Part shown: positions 31,080-41,016 of the stretch, piece by piece | Numbering within the stretch: the first letter of the stretch is position 1 | How the letters are laid out: each line of letters begins with the position of its first letter | Source of the DNA: Candidatus Babelota bacterium | Lineage (GTDB): Bacteria; Babelota; Babeliae; Babelales; Vermiphilaceae | NCBI GenBank assembly: GCA_049325595.1 | Contig: JBMOLF010000015.1 | Coordinates: forward strand, 187,238-251,237 | Direction: 5' to 3' | Length of the DNA: 64,000 nucleotides | The notes under the pieces: model-generated | What the model saw: the letters and a program-made list of their open reading frames with translations, nothing else | What the model was told of the DNA's origin: nothing | Database searches by the model: none | Translations under genes and position numbers: made by a program

Positions 31080-32222
31080 TTATAAAAAATTCTCAAGATA
31101 AGTAACAATTCCTTTTGAAATTCCTTCACTTATGAGCGATAAATAATGCGGGTCTTGCAAAAGCTTTGATTCAAGCGGGTGAGATAAAAATCCCACTTCT
31201 ATAAGCGCTGAAGGCATAATAGCTCCTAATAAAATTTGGGAAACTGCTTTTTTTACCTTCCGATCAACAAGCACCGGATTTTTTGTTTTTAACACATTAA
31301 ACACCTGCTCATGTAAACAAGAACTCAAATATGAACTTTGCTTAGAAATATCTTTTTTGAATTTGTTAATTATTTTGTTGTCGCAATTGCTTACAGATTG
31401 CATTATTAAAGGGTCAAAAAAAAAGGTTTCCAGACCAGAAGCATTTTGATTTAATGCAAAATTTGCATGTATTGAAACCAATAATAAAGCTTGTTTGGTA
31501 TTTGCAAATGTAGTTCGTTCATCAAGGGCCACTGTTTGATCGCTTGTTCGGGTTAATTCAACTAGATATCCTTTGTGACCAAGTTTATCAGCAACGTCTT
31601 TACCAATAGCCAAAACAACTTCTTTTTCCATTAAACCGTCCGCACTAATAGCCCCGGCATCTTGTCCGCCATGACCACAATCAATAATAATTGGCATTTT
31701 TTTTTTATCGCTACGCCATGCAGTTTGCAAAATTTTTTCGTCTTTATCTTTCAAATTATCAAGTAACAATTTGTTATAAAAATAAAAAACAATGCCTTTT
31801 TGCATACTAATAGCTACAAATTGATCGTGCTGAATCATTATTTTTTTAGGATCATATTTGATAGTTAACAACAATCCACGTTCTGGTTTTTTTGTTGGAG
31901 TAACAGTAATAGCATAGTAAAGACCATGATTTTTTTTTGAATCAGTAATCATATCATTTAATGATGGATTAATTTCTACGTTAGGAAAAAAATACTCTAC
32001 AGTTTGTATGTCAGTAACTGATGTATGTTGAGAATTTTTTTTAATTTCAGGCATTTGATTAAAATAAAAAACCAATTTTCCTAACTCAAGTGGAGATTCT
32101 AGTAGATTTTTTTGTTCAACATTTTTATGGTGCATAATCTTTTCCATAGAAATTGATGCGGCTTTAGTTAACCCTATTGTCATTAATAGCATTGGTAAAA
32201 AAAATTTGATATTCATACTCAT
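31080..32222 (-). CDS. N-acetylmuramoyl-L-alanine amidase (Amidase_3, AmiC-like)
   Basis: IIIDCGHGGQDAGA, EKEVVL, VSIHAN, PSALIEVGFLS; signal peptide. Confidence 0.92.
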   Translation of the reverse strand: MSMNIKFFLPMLLMTIGLTKAASISMEKIMHHKNVEQKNLLESPLELGKLVFYFNQMPEIKKNSQHTSVTDIQTVEYFFPNVEINPSLNDMITDSKKNHGLYYAITVTPTKKPERGLLLTIKYDPKKIMIQHDQFVAISMQKGIVFYFYNKLLLDNLKDKDEKILQTAWRSDKKKMPIIIDCGHGGQDAGAISADGLMEKEVVLAIGKDVADKLGHKGYLVELTRTSDQTVALDERTTFANTKQALLLVSIHANFALNQNASGLETFFFDPLIMQSVSNCDNKIINKFKKDISKQSSYLSSCLHEQVFNVLKTKNPVLVDRKVKKAVSQILLGAIMPSALIEVGFLSHPLESKLLQDPHYLSLISEGISKGIVTYLENFL

Positions 32223-32235
32223 CCCCTAATTTTCA

Positions 32236-33273
32236 TTATGTATGTTTATTCCGATCAGCCACATAAGCAAGTCGATGGGACTTTTCCCACGACTGTAAAA
32301 AATCTTGCAAGCAATAACGCTTATTTACTTCTCCTTTAGATTTGGCTGCCGGATCATTGCAAATAACTTCTTTTTTTTGTGCATCATAGCCGGTAACTAC
32401 CAGCAAATGCCCATTAGCATATTGCCCAAATGCACCTGGTAATGGCCCGCGAACACTTACTGCAACTGGTATGCCCGATTTTAAGTAGCGACATAAATGA
32501 CTAAATGATTGAAGACGTACAACAGCAAACCACCATGCGCCTTTGCAACATTCAAATGCGTGAGCCATGTTAAACGGCCAACTACCATATTTTTCAAGGC
32601 CATGATCATATGATTTTTCAGCAAATATAATGGGATCAACTAATGATTTTATAAAATAACTAGTAATCATAGAACAAGATGTTGGCGAGCAAAGACCATC
32701 ATTACGAGGATGATCAAGTTCAAATTGAGAAAAAATAGGTACATTTTTTATCCGTAAAGAACCTAATTTATTAAGATCATTTCCCCCAAGCTCAGATTTG
32801 AATTTTGAATTATCCGAAGTATTTACCATAAATGCTTTAAGATTGGCCAAACAAGCACCTCCATGGGCATGTGCCTTGATAGCAAATGCATCACTCACGC
32901 CTTTTTTCTTGGTTTCTAAACGTACGTGCGCAAATTCTATACCATCAGATGTTTTGGTATGAAAAGACCGCTGAATAGTTGACCCCCATTCACTCATTTT
33001 GTACCAATCTGACCAGATTTTAGTTTTTGCATCGCGAACTTTTACCCAAAAACTATAATAACCTTTTTGGGGACGAAACCCATTCCATGAAAAAATTAGT
33101 TGTAAAAAATGAGGAATATCAGTCTGCGTAAACATGATTTCATTCGAATGTTTGTTAATTATTTTATTATCCAGTAATTTTCGATAAAACCATGTCCAAG
33201 CATTTTCATTATTTTGTTGGCCACGTACCGATAAAGTAATGAGTGATAGAGCAATTATTACTTTGCATTTCAT
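32236..33273 (-). CDS. Exported peptidase C39-like protein
   Basis: LCSPTS (Cys), GHLLVVTGYD (His), NDPA (Asp); signal peptide. Confidence 0.82.
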   Translation of the reverse strand: MKCKVIIALSLITLSVRGQQNNENAWTWFYRKLLDNKIINKHSNEIMFTQTDIPHFLQLIFSWNGFRPQKGYYSFWVKVRDAKTKIWSDWYKMSEWGSTIQRSFHTKTSDGIEFAHVRLETKKKGVSDAFAIKAHAHGGACLANLKAFMVNTSDNSKFKSELGGNDLNKLGSLRIKNVPIFSQFELDHPRNDGLCSPTSCSMITSYFIKSLVDPIIFAEKSYDHGLEKYGSWPFNMAHAFECCKGAWWFAVVRLQSFSHLCRYLKSGIPVAVSVRGPLPGAFGQYANGHLLVVTGYDAQKKEVICNDPAAKSKGEVNKRYCLQDFLQSWEKSHRLAYVADRNKHT

Positions 33274-33461
33274 CGCCACCCCTTTTGCTCTATTTGTAAT
33301 TTTATAAAAATATTTTTTATCATACAATTACTAATATAATTCATTTTGACATCAAAAGTTCAATGTTTTTGTAAAAAAAGTTAATTAGACTCAGATTACA
33401 AATTTCTTTTTTTTTATGTGATGGTATGTACATATTAAATAAGACGGGGGGAATTTTAATT

Positions 33462-34649
33462 ATGAAGAATTTTTTTTTATGTAGTATAGTTACCTTTTAT
33501 TTTTTTAATATATCAGCCGAAAATCAACCTGATTATGGTGTTGTAATAACCCCTATTGCTGATTTAGTGGGATCTCCAATACAAACATTTTTTCCTGCTA
33601 TGTCAACAGATAACGCATATAAACAACTTATTCTGTGCAGCGCTGAAAAAAAACTATGGCAAGGCTGCCCTCGGTTACATCAACTTATAGCTCATGAAGT
33701 AGTTGAGATTATTGATGAAAATGATCATGAATTCAAAATAAAAACACCGCATCTTTTTTACCTTATTGGCAATTCACCCGAACAACAAAATATTTTCTGG
33801 GCTCAAAAAAAGAATATCGCATTACTGGATGATCTGGAAAAAAAATATGACGTACATAAGTCAAATTTTCCGTTTTTTAATAAACATAATACGCTTATTG
33901 TTCTTTCACGGCCATTTAAAGATCCTACTACAAAAATAGTTTATTCAGCAGGAACACAATTTGTGGCAAAAACTATTTATCCTAATCGCTTTGCAAAGGT
34001 TCTTATTTTTGATCCAGCGAAAAAAAAATTTAATTTGATAAAAATTGATTCGTGCTATTACATAATCAAATCAAAGTTTATCGGCCAACAAAAAGCAAAT
34101 TTTGTTAAATTACTACGCGATTGGGCACATCAAAAATATATTGCCTATGTTTTTGGTGGATGCAGTTTTACTAAGCCATGTAATAAATTATTTGATAAAA
34201 AAACAACTAACGGCACCATCAATTCTTATGTAAGATTGGAAAGTGAAAACACCATTAAAAATGGTTTTGATTGTGCCGGCCTTATATTCAGGGCCGCACA
34301 AGCAGCCGGTTTAAATTTTCCCTACAAAAATACCCATACCATTAAAGAATGTCTTCCTGCATTAACTAACCACGATCGTTTAGTTGAGGGCGATTTAATT
34401 TGGATACCTGGACACATTATGGCAGTAAGCGACCTGACTAAAAATTTATTAATCGAAGCCCGGGGTTATTCTCATGGTTACGGTATTGTACATGAAATCC
34501 CCTTAGATAAGGTATTTAAAAATATACGCACCTACCAAGATTTGATTGATGCCTATCATAAAAAAGAGATACTTTACCGTTTAGATGACCAAGGCAACAT
34601 CCGCGATACTTTTAAGGAATTTAAATTATTAAAAATGGTTTACCAGTAA
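33462..34649 (+). CDS. NlpC/P60 family cell-wall peptidase, exported
   Basis: YVFGG, GFDCAGLI, GDLIW.PGH; signal peptide. Confidence 0.85.
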   Translation: MKNFFLCSIVTFYFFNISAENQPDYGVVITPIADLVGSPIQTFFPAMSTDNAYKQLILCSAEKKLWQGCPRLHQLIAHEVVEIIDENDHEFKIKTPHLFYLIGNSPEQQNIFWAQKKNIALLDDLEKKYDVHKSNFPFFNKHNTLIVLSRPFKDPTTKIVYSAGTQFVAKTIYPNRFAKVLIFDPAKKKFNLIKIDSCYYIIKSKFIGQQKANFVKLLRDWAHQKYIAYVFGGCSFTKPCNKLFDKKTTNGTINSYVRLESENTIKNGFDCAGLIFRAAQAAGLNFPYKNTHTIKECLPALTNHDRLVEGDLIWIPGHIMAVSDLTKNLLIEARGYSHGYGIVHEIPLDKVFKNIRTYQDLIDAYHKKEILYRLDDQGNIRDTFKEFKLLKMVYQ

Positions 34650-34752
34650 CTTTCTTTTCTAAAGAACTTAATGGTGATGCTCTGGCACTTAATAACGTTA
34701 TCGTTTTATTAATTGGTTAACTGTATGTGTCAATTAATAACAATTGATAAAT

Positions 34753-34781
34753 AAAAAGGCGCTGATTAAAGCGCCTCTTTT
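34753..34781. terminator. Intrinsic terminator between convergent genes
   Basis: AAAAAGGCGCT-GATTAA-AGCGCCTCTTTT. Confidence 0.7.
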
Positions 34782-34804
34782 AATTTTATATCAATCAATA
34801 ATAA

Positions 34805-35440
34805 TTACTGATGATGAATCTCAGTTCTAGTCACTGCATGACGCGTTTCAGTTTGTCTTACTTCGTGTCCAGCAATAAGACCTTTTTTATGATCATACCA
34901 TGTTTTAACTTTATTATAGAGTTTATAGCTTCCATAACCAGCTAACGCTAAGGTAACAACAAAAATAGTTTTATTTTTAGTAACATCATTTACAAACATT
35001 TGTACATCTTGGCAACTATTTTTAAACACCTTAGTGATATTTGGCCAAGGTAAATCAGCAATTAACTTACCTGTTGCTTTTACATAATGAAGACCCGCTG
35101 AACCTAATGCTTTAAAGCCTTCACCAATATTTTCCCATGAAGATGGTACCGATTCAGTTTTTTCAGCTAATTTTGCAACTTCAGATGGTACATTTTGAGC
35201 GGTAATCTCAGGTAAACTAACCACTGCTTTAGCTGCTTCTGTTATTACCGATGATTGAGATACTGGTGCGGTTAAAGCTATTTTAGGAGTATTGACTACT
35301 GACTTAACATACTCAGCACCCTTAGTAAATCCTTGAACCATTTCTGGAGTTGGATTAATATCTCCAGCCATAGCTACAACTAAACCATTACTCATAGCTA
35401 AAGCACTCAATAAAGCGATTGTTATAGTGTTAAATTTCAT
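34805..35440 (-). CDS. Secreted hypothetical protein with C-terminal membrane anchor
   Basis: GGAGG RBS; signal ending VVA-MAG; TIFVVTLALAGYGSYKLY. Confidence 0.75.
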   Translation of the reverse strand: MKFNTITIALLSALAMSNGLVVAMAGDINPTPEMVQGFTKGAEYVKSVVNTPKIALTAPVSQSSVITEAAKAVVSLPEITAQNVPSEVAKLAEKTESVPSSWENIGEGFKALGSAGLHYVKATGKLIADLPWPNITKVFKNSCQDVQMFVNDVTKNKTIFVVTLALAGYGSYKLYNKVKTWYDHKKGLIAGHEVRQTETRHAVTRTEIHHQ

Positions 35441-35464
35441 ATATTCCTCCATTAAAAATCTTTA

Positions 35465-36553
35465 TTATGCTCGATTAGGCATATCTTTTATTTCATCTAA
35501 AACTTGTCTAATCTTTTCTAATGTTAATTCTGTTTTTAATCTTACTAATGCTGCTTTTTGTTTAAAAGCTAACCAATAATCTATTTGTGAACGTTGCTCT
35601 GAAAAAAGCAGATTTCCGGCAAAACGGTTAAGACCCCATGCAGTTACATAACCACCAACTATCACCGCTTTTGGAACACCAACTATAAGCCTTGCCAATG
35701 CTCCAACTCCTTTACCAAGAGCCTGAGTTATCATAGCTAATCGACTTTCTTGCTCATCTATTGACCATTCAAAATCTTTTAGTGGATTAAGATTTTGGTT
35801 TGTGTAAAACAATACGTTACGGCGTTTAAGCTCGTTCTCAATTTGATTCATTTCTCGATGAGTAAATGTTTCTATTTGAGCTATTGTTTTTCCTTGCGCA
35901 TCTAAAATTTGCTCTAAAATAACTGGCCATTTATTTATTTTTCGAGGAATTAAAGGAATACGAGGAATTAGAGTTGAGCGGTGCAAGTAAGAAGACAACG
36001 TGCTAATATGTTCGTTCAATTGTTCTGTTTCTTCCTTTATTTTCAATAAAATTTGTGCTCGAATTAAGGAAGGATTTTCAAGCAATGAATATTCAGAGCG
36101 TGAAACTAATAACTTTTTAAGTGGATTTTCATAGCAATCTTGCAAAAGCAATCCGATTCTAGGTGAGCCTAGTGTTTGTGCATTATTGGGATTAATATAA
36201 TTATGCGCCAATTTTACGCCAGTATCCATAGTTTTTGCAGAATGCCACTTATAACCAACATAAGCAACTAGTGACCCTAAGCCAATTGCAGCCTTAGGAT
36301 TTTCCATCGTTTGTTTAAATAATTCTGACGCAGGAACTACTGCATGAGTAGTATTAACTACACCAGTGCCGATACCAGATAACACATTCCAACCAATAGT
36401 TTTACAGTTATTAGCAAGGGTATTTAAACCAGTCATAAAATGATTGGTAGTATTTACTTCACTACCTAGTGCAGATGTAGTAATTAAAGATAAAATAAAC
36501 CCGCTAATTATACGGGTTGATCGTAATGAAAATGTCATAAGTAAAACCTCCAT
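35465..36553 (-). CDS. Secreted hypothetical membrane protein
   Basis: Signal ending ALG-SE; hydrophobic segments IGLGSLVAYVGYKW and VGALARLIVGVPKAVIVGG. Confidence 0.75.
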   Translation of the reverse strand: MEVLLMTFSLRSTRIISGFILSLITTSALGSEVNTTNHFMTGLNTLANNCKTIGWNVLSGIGTGVVNTTHAVVPASELFKQTMENPKAAIGLGSLVAYVGYKWHSAKTMDTGVKLAHNYINPNNAQTLGSPRIGLLLQDCYENPLKKLLVSRSEYSLLENPSLIRAQILLKIKEETEQLNEHISTLSSYLHRSTLIPRIPLIPRKINKWPVILEQILDAQGKTIAQIETFTHREMNQIENELKRRNVLFYTNQNLNPLKDFEWSIDEQESRLAMITQALGKGVGALARLIVGVPKAVIVGGYVTAWGLNRFAGNLLFSEQRSQIDYWLAFKQKAALVRLKTELTLEKIRQVLDEIKDMPNRA

Positions 36554-36724
36554 TTCCCTTATGATTTTTAACTTAATCTTATTGTAGCAGGTCTGCTACT
36601 TTTTTCAATCTATAATTTTATAATAGAATATATTATATCGCGTTTCAGGTTTAGTTTGACTATTCTGCCCAAATAAATTTTTTTCAATATGAAAGATTAG
36701 ATGCTTATTAGTATAAAAAGAATA

Positions 36725-37930
36725 TTATAATGAATATAAATACTCTAAAGTAACTGATTGCTTTGTTAATACAAGACGTCTTAATGCTCCAAAATCAGCT
36801 TTAGCACCCACCACATTAAACCCTAATAAAAATCCTTGGCGAGAAAGTAAAAATAATGAACAAGAATTTTCATCGCTTTTTAGTTGCCATTCTTGCTGAG
36901 TTTCAACGTTAGGTTTACCGCAGGCTGCAAATTTAAGCCCAAAAAATGCCGAACTAGTCATAATAGCGGCAGGTACATATTTTTTTGATTGTCCGGCCAT
37001 ATTACAGGCTGCAGTCATACCCTGCATCATAGCATCAGGCCAGGTACAATTTGGTATCAAATTACCAGTAAGATGATCTCTAATCATAATTAAATCACCG
37101 GCTGCATAAATATCCGGTGAACTTGTTTGTAAATATTCATCTACCAAAACGCCATAGCATGTTGCTATACCAGCTTTTTCAGCCAAAGATGTGTTAGGTG
37201 CAAGCCCTGCTGCAACAATTACCATTTGAGCCGAAAGCTCTACACCATTTGAAAGTATAACTTTGCTAACATAACTATTATTTCCAACAATTTCTGATAC
37301 CACTGTTTGCTTATAAAGAAGAATATGATGTTGGGAAATTGCTTTCTCAATAACCTGGGCTGCTTCTGCGTCCAATTGTGTTGAAAGAATATGTTCATTT
37401 TTCTCGATAATTGCTACCGAAACTCCTAATTGATTGAGCGCATCGGCACATTCAAGCCCACTCAGACCGGCACCAATTACCACTGCATTGGTAACTGAAT
37501 GATCGGTAATGTAATTTTTAATAGTATGTATGTCGTTGAGCGTGTGAAAAGTGAACATACCTTTCAAATTATCGCCGCCTTTAATAGCAATCTTGCGGGG
37601 CGATGAGCCCATTGCCAACAATAACTTATCATAAAAAATTTGTTCGCCAGAATTTAACATAACCGATTTATTATCGGGCATAATTTCAATTACCCGTTGA
37701 CCTAATCGTAATTCAATATTTTTCTGTCCTGCTTGCTCGAGCGTCATCATAATAATTTTGCTGCCATTAGGTTGATCGGTCATATAATCAGCAAGCAAAC
37801 ACTTATTGTAGGGATTCTCTTTTTCATCAGCAATGCACACAATTTCTGCTTCAGGGTCAAGCATACGTAATTTATTTATTGCCCCTAACCCTGCAGCTGC
37901 TGCACCGATGATTACATGTTTTTTTTTCAT
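36725..37930 (-). CDS. FAD/NAD(P)H-dependent oxidoreductase (rubredoxin/nitrite reductase-like)
   Basis: IIGAAAAG, YDKLLLAMGS, VIGAGLSGLE, VDEYLQTS.PDIYAAGD. Confidence 0.88.
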   Translation of the reverse strand: MKKKHVIIGAAAAGLGAINKLRMLDPEAEIVCIADEKENPYNKCLLADYMTDQPNGSKIIMMTLEQAGQKNIELRLGQRVIEIMPDNKSVMLNSGEQIFYDKLLLAMGSSPRKIAIKGGDNLKGMFTFHTLNDIHTIKNYITDHSVTNAVVIGAGLSGLECADALNQLGVSVAIIEKNEHILSTQLDAEAAQVIEKAISQHHILLYKQTVVSEIVGNNSYVSKVILSNGVELSAQMVIVAAGLAPNTSLAEKAGIATCYGVLVDEYLQTSSPDIYAAGDLIMIRDHLTGNLIPNCTWPDAMMQGMTAACNMAGQSKKYVPAAIMTSSAFFGLKFAACGKPNVETQQEWQLKSDENSCSLFLLSRQGFLLGFNVVGAKADFGALRRLVLTKQSVTLEYLYSL

Positions 37931-37970
37931 ATTGCTATTAAAATTTTTAAATTATTGTTTATTATTCCGT

Positions 37971-38208
37971 TAAAAAATATGGCTCTTTATCCTGCGTAGT
38001 TTTAACGTAGCGGGATGCCAGTCGTAGCTTGCGTCGTCGCTAAAGCTATGTCGCACACGTGCCAAGCCGGAAGGCCTGGATAAGCGAAGTTAGTCCGTCT
38101 TCGCCGAAGGCTACTTCGGACAGTCTTCGCATATTTTGAAAAAGTCATTTAAAAAAATGGCCTGCCAGTCGTAGCTTGCCAAGCCGGAAGGCCTGGATAA
38201 GCGAAGAC
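37971..38208. repeat. GC-rich structured element abutting the tRNA-Arg(CCT) 3' end, copy 1
   Basis: Near-identical to 40793-41016; made of multiple imperfect hairpins. Confidence 0.9.
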
Positions 38209-38285
38209 TGGTGCGCCCGACAGGATTTGAACCTGTGGCCTGCGGATTAGGAATCCACCGCTCTATCCTACTGAGCTACGGGCGC
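38209..38285 (-). tRNA. tRNA-Arg (anticodon CCT)
   Basis: Reverse complement GCGCCCGTAGCTCAGTAGGATAGAGCGGTGGATTCCTAATCCGCAGGCCACAGGTTCAAATCCTGTCGGGCGCACCA; cloverleaf with encoded CCA. Confidence 0.96.
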
Positions 38286-38333
38286 TTATGCGTTTATTGT
38301 AGCGTTTTCTAAAAAAAATTCATCTGGCTTCTT

Positions 38334-40076
38334 TTACCAACCACCACCACCGCCACCGCCGCGGCCACCACCAGAACTTCCCCCGCCACCAGTACCAGAA
38401 GAAAATGTTGTCGTTGTTTTGAGCGCAGCGCCAAAGCTTGAGCCAATATTATTTACAAAATTATGTGGCTGAAAAGTAGAAAATGTAGTTCCTTGCGGTC
38501 CAACATACCATATTGGAATATACATATGTCCTTCTTGCTTGAGTTGGTCAAAAACGGGAGTAAATTGTTTATTCCACTGATCTTCTACACCAAGGGCCAT
38601 TGCATAAGGTAAATATTTTTCATACAATTCAGGTGTTTTTGTTGGTGGCGTACCGATTATTTTCATACGCTCTTTTTCAGTGGTCGTTAAAAATAATTTA
38701 AATCCTTGAATGTCTTCGTATAATTTTTTACCTTCTTGGGTAAAACCATAACACCGACGAGAAAATAAAAAAGTAGCAATCAATAATAAAGCACCCCATA
38801 GTACATCCCAATGGGTATGAGCAATACCAGAAAAAAATATAATGCCTATTATAATCCCAGCCAATACGATAAACCAGGCTATCCCAGCGTATTTACCATA
38901 AAATTTAAAATAATGCCCATAAGAAAGATCTAGGCGCGTCGCTAATTTTTTTAACGCCGCAAAAGCTTGATCGCCTGATTCTTTCCCAATTGCTACCGTA
39001 TTTTGTGTTGCAAATAATTGAGTAAAAATATCTTTTTGAATCTGCGGAGCCGTTTCTTCTGGCTCTTTTAATTTATGTAATACATAACTACCGCCAAACC
39101 AAGAATCTTTAACATATTCTATTTTTAAATATCCTTTTACTGCCATTTCTACCAATTCTGAAGAAAAAGCAGTTGCATTAAAATTTTGACGATTCAGGTA
39201 ATTCACTGCACCGGGCGTTAACCCTACGGGAGGAGTAAAAAGAGGAATAATCGTACCAAGTTTTTGTTCTCTTTTTATACGCGCATACGAATGTCCAATA
39301 AAAATTAAAAGCAAAAGTGAAACAAAAGCCATCCACAATTGGTATTGATAATCTTTTATAAAATAACCAACCTGTTCAATACCCGAAGGTTCTTGCACAA
39401 ATCCTTTGGGCCAACTTACTACAATTGTAAGCCCTTGGCTTTGATTATACGTTCGCTCAAGTGGACGAGTTGTACTAAAGGTAATAGATCCATCTTTATT
39501 TTTTACTACATTGTAATCATGACCCTTTTCCCCAATAAATCCCGTATACGCTTCTGCGTTAACAAGATGCATTGGTATATCTTTGGGCAGTTGCACTGTT
39601 GCTCGTGCACGCATGATTGGCAAACGCCAATAATTTCCTGTTACATTCCAGTACAATTCATCATGATCGTTAAAAAAAAGCAATTGTCGTTTAGTATTAT
39701 AGGTTATTATATATTCATGAACTCCTGGATCAAGATAAGTATTCTGTTCACCTATAAATAATTCTATGCCAAAGGGAACTTGATTAATAAATGAATTAAC
39801 TAAATTACCATTGTGCAACGTTTTGAGTATATCCACGTCAACATAATACTCACCGATAGTAGGTCGCATATACTTAGTTGGTAAAGCGCGCAGTATGCCG
39901 CGCTTTATTTGATTTCCTGTTGCTACGACGGTAATCTTTTCGGTCACTGTCATAGAACTGTCTTGATGTATTAGTAGATTAGCATCGAATAACAATATTC
40001 GTTCTGCTGCGTAAGTGTGTATACAAAAGATCCAGCTCAATAAGAGCTGGATTTGTATCATAGTTACTTTATTCAT
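38334..40076 (-). CDS. DUF2207 family membrane protein
   Basis: VTEKITV, DELYWNVTG..W, YEKYLPYAMALGV, Gly-rich GGGGGGW C-terminus; downstream of lemA. Confidence 0.88.
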   Translation of the reverse strand: MNKVTMIQIQLLLSWIFCIHTYAAERILLFDANLLIHQDSSMTVTEKITVVATGNQIKRGILRALPTKYMRPTIGEYYVDVDILKTLHNGNLVNSFINQVPFGIELFIGEQNTYLDPGVHEYIITYNTKRQLLFFNDHDELYWNVTGNYWRLPIMRARATVQLPKDIPMHLVNAEAYTGFIGEKGHDYNVVKNKDGSITFSTTRPLERTYNQSQGLTIVVSWPKGFVQEPSGIEQVGYFIKDYQYQLWMAFVSLLLLIFIGHSYARIKREQKLGTIIPLFTPPVGLTPGAVNYLNRQNFNATAFSSELVEMAVKGYLKIEYVKDSWFGGSYVLHKLKEPEETAPQIQKDIFTQLFATQNTVAIGKESGDQAFAALKKLATRLDLSYGHYFKFYGKYAGIAWFIVLAGIIIGIIFFSGIAHTHWDVLWGALLLIATFLFSRRCYGFTQEGKKLYEDIQGFKLFLTTTEKERMKIIGTPPTKTPELYEKYLPYAMALGVEDQWNKQFTPVFDQLKQEGHMYIPIWYVGPQGTTFSTFQPHNFVNNIGSSFGAALKTTTTFSSGTGGGGSSGGGRGGGGGGGW

Positions 40077-40084
40077 GCTATTGC

Positions 40085-40639
40085 CTAGAATTTTACTTGA
40101 GGAACTTCTCGCTCAGCACCTATAGTTAGTTCAAAGTATGGAACTTTTTCATAACCACTCATTGATGCAATAATACGTGATGGAAATGTTGCCACCGCAA
40201 CGTTATAATTACGAGCTGCGCCATTATAATAACGACGTGCAAGCTGAATATCGTTCTCAATGGTACCTAAATCTTGCTGCAATGATAAAAAATTTTCGTT
40301 TGCTTTCAGGTTAGGATAATTTTCAGCCACGGCAAACAATGTTTTTAACGTTTGAGTTAATCCACTTTCAGCAGCAGCTTTATCTTCTACTCCTCGTGCA
40401 TTAATAGCCGCAGAACGTGCTTGTGCAATTTGTTCAAAAATAGATTTTTCATGCGTTGCATATTGTTTTACCACGGCAACTAAATTAGGAATTAAATCAT
40501 AGCGCCGTTTAAGCTGTACATCAATACCACTCCATGCTTCATCAACCAATGCTTTTAGGTGAACTAACTTATTAAAACCACCAATAAACCAAAAAATACC
40601 AACTGCCGCAATTGCAAGAATTATTAATAAGGTTGACAT
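40085..40639 (-). CDS. lemA: LemA family protein
   Basis: AWSGIDVQLKRRYDLIPNLV, AVAENYPNLKANENF, RRYYN, FPS. Confidence 0.95.
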   Translation of the reverse strand: MSTLLIILAIAAVGIFWFIGGFNKLVHLKALVDEAWSGIDVQLKRRYDLIPNLVAVVKQYATHEKSIFEQIAQARSAAINARGVEDKAAAESGLTQTLKTLFAVAENYPNLKANENFLSLQQDLGTIENDIQLARRYYNGAARNYNVAVATFPSRIIASMSGYEKVPYFELTIGAEREVPQVKF

Positions 40640-40792
40640 GTTATTCCTTTCTTTTTCATGAAAGTAATTGTGATAACGTATGTAAAAAATGTAGATGGTT
40701 AAATGGTTTTAGCTCAAGACTTTATACAAAGATTAGTAACAGATTGATTTAGTTTATTTTTTAGTCAACATTTTATCTGCACACCAAACAGA

Positions 40793-41016
40793 TAAAAAAT
40801 GGCTCCCTGTCCTGCGTAGTTTTAACGTAGCCGGATGGCAGTCGTCGCTAAAGCTATGTCGCACACGTGCCAAGTCGGAAGGCCTGGATAAGCGAGTTAG
40901 TCCGTCTTCGCCGAAGGCTACTTCGGACAGTCTTCGCATATTTTTGAAAAAGTCATTTAAAAAAATGGCCTGCCAGTCGTAGCTTGCCAAGCCGGAAGGC
41001 CTGGATAAGCGAAGAC
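40793..41016. repeat. GC-rich structured element abutting the tRNA-Arg(TCG) 3' end, copy 2
   Basis: Near-identical to 37971-38208 but lacking a 12-nt GTCGTAGCTTGC segment. Confidence 0.9.

Noticed and set aside
40754..40990. 78-aa ORF in the ORF track
   Set aside because: Lies almost wholly within the tRNA-associated repeat; the other copy has frame-breaking indels, so it is likely spurious.
37971..41016. CRISPR array or prophage/integrative island interpretation of the repeats
   Set aside because: No regularly spaced repeat-spacer units, no cas genes, no integrase, and no duplicated tRNA 3' fragment (att site); both tRNAs are full length.
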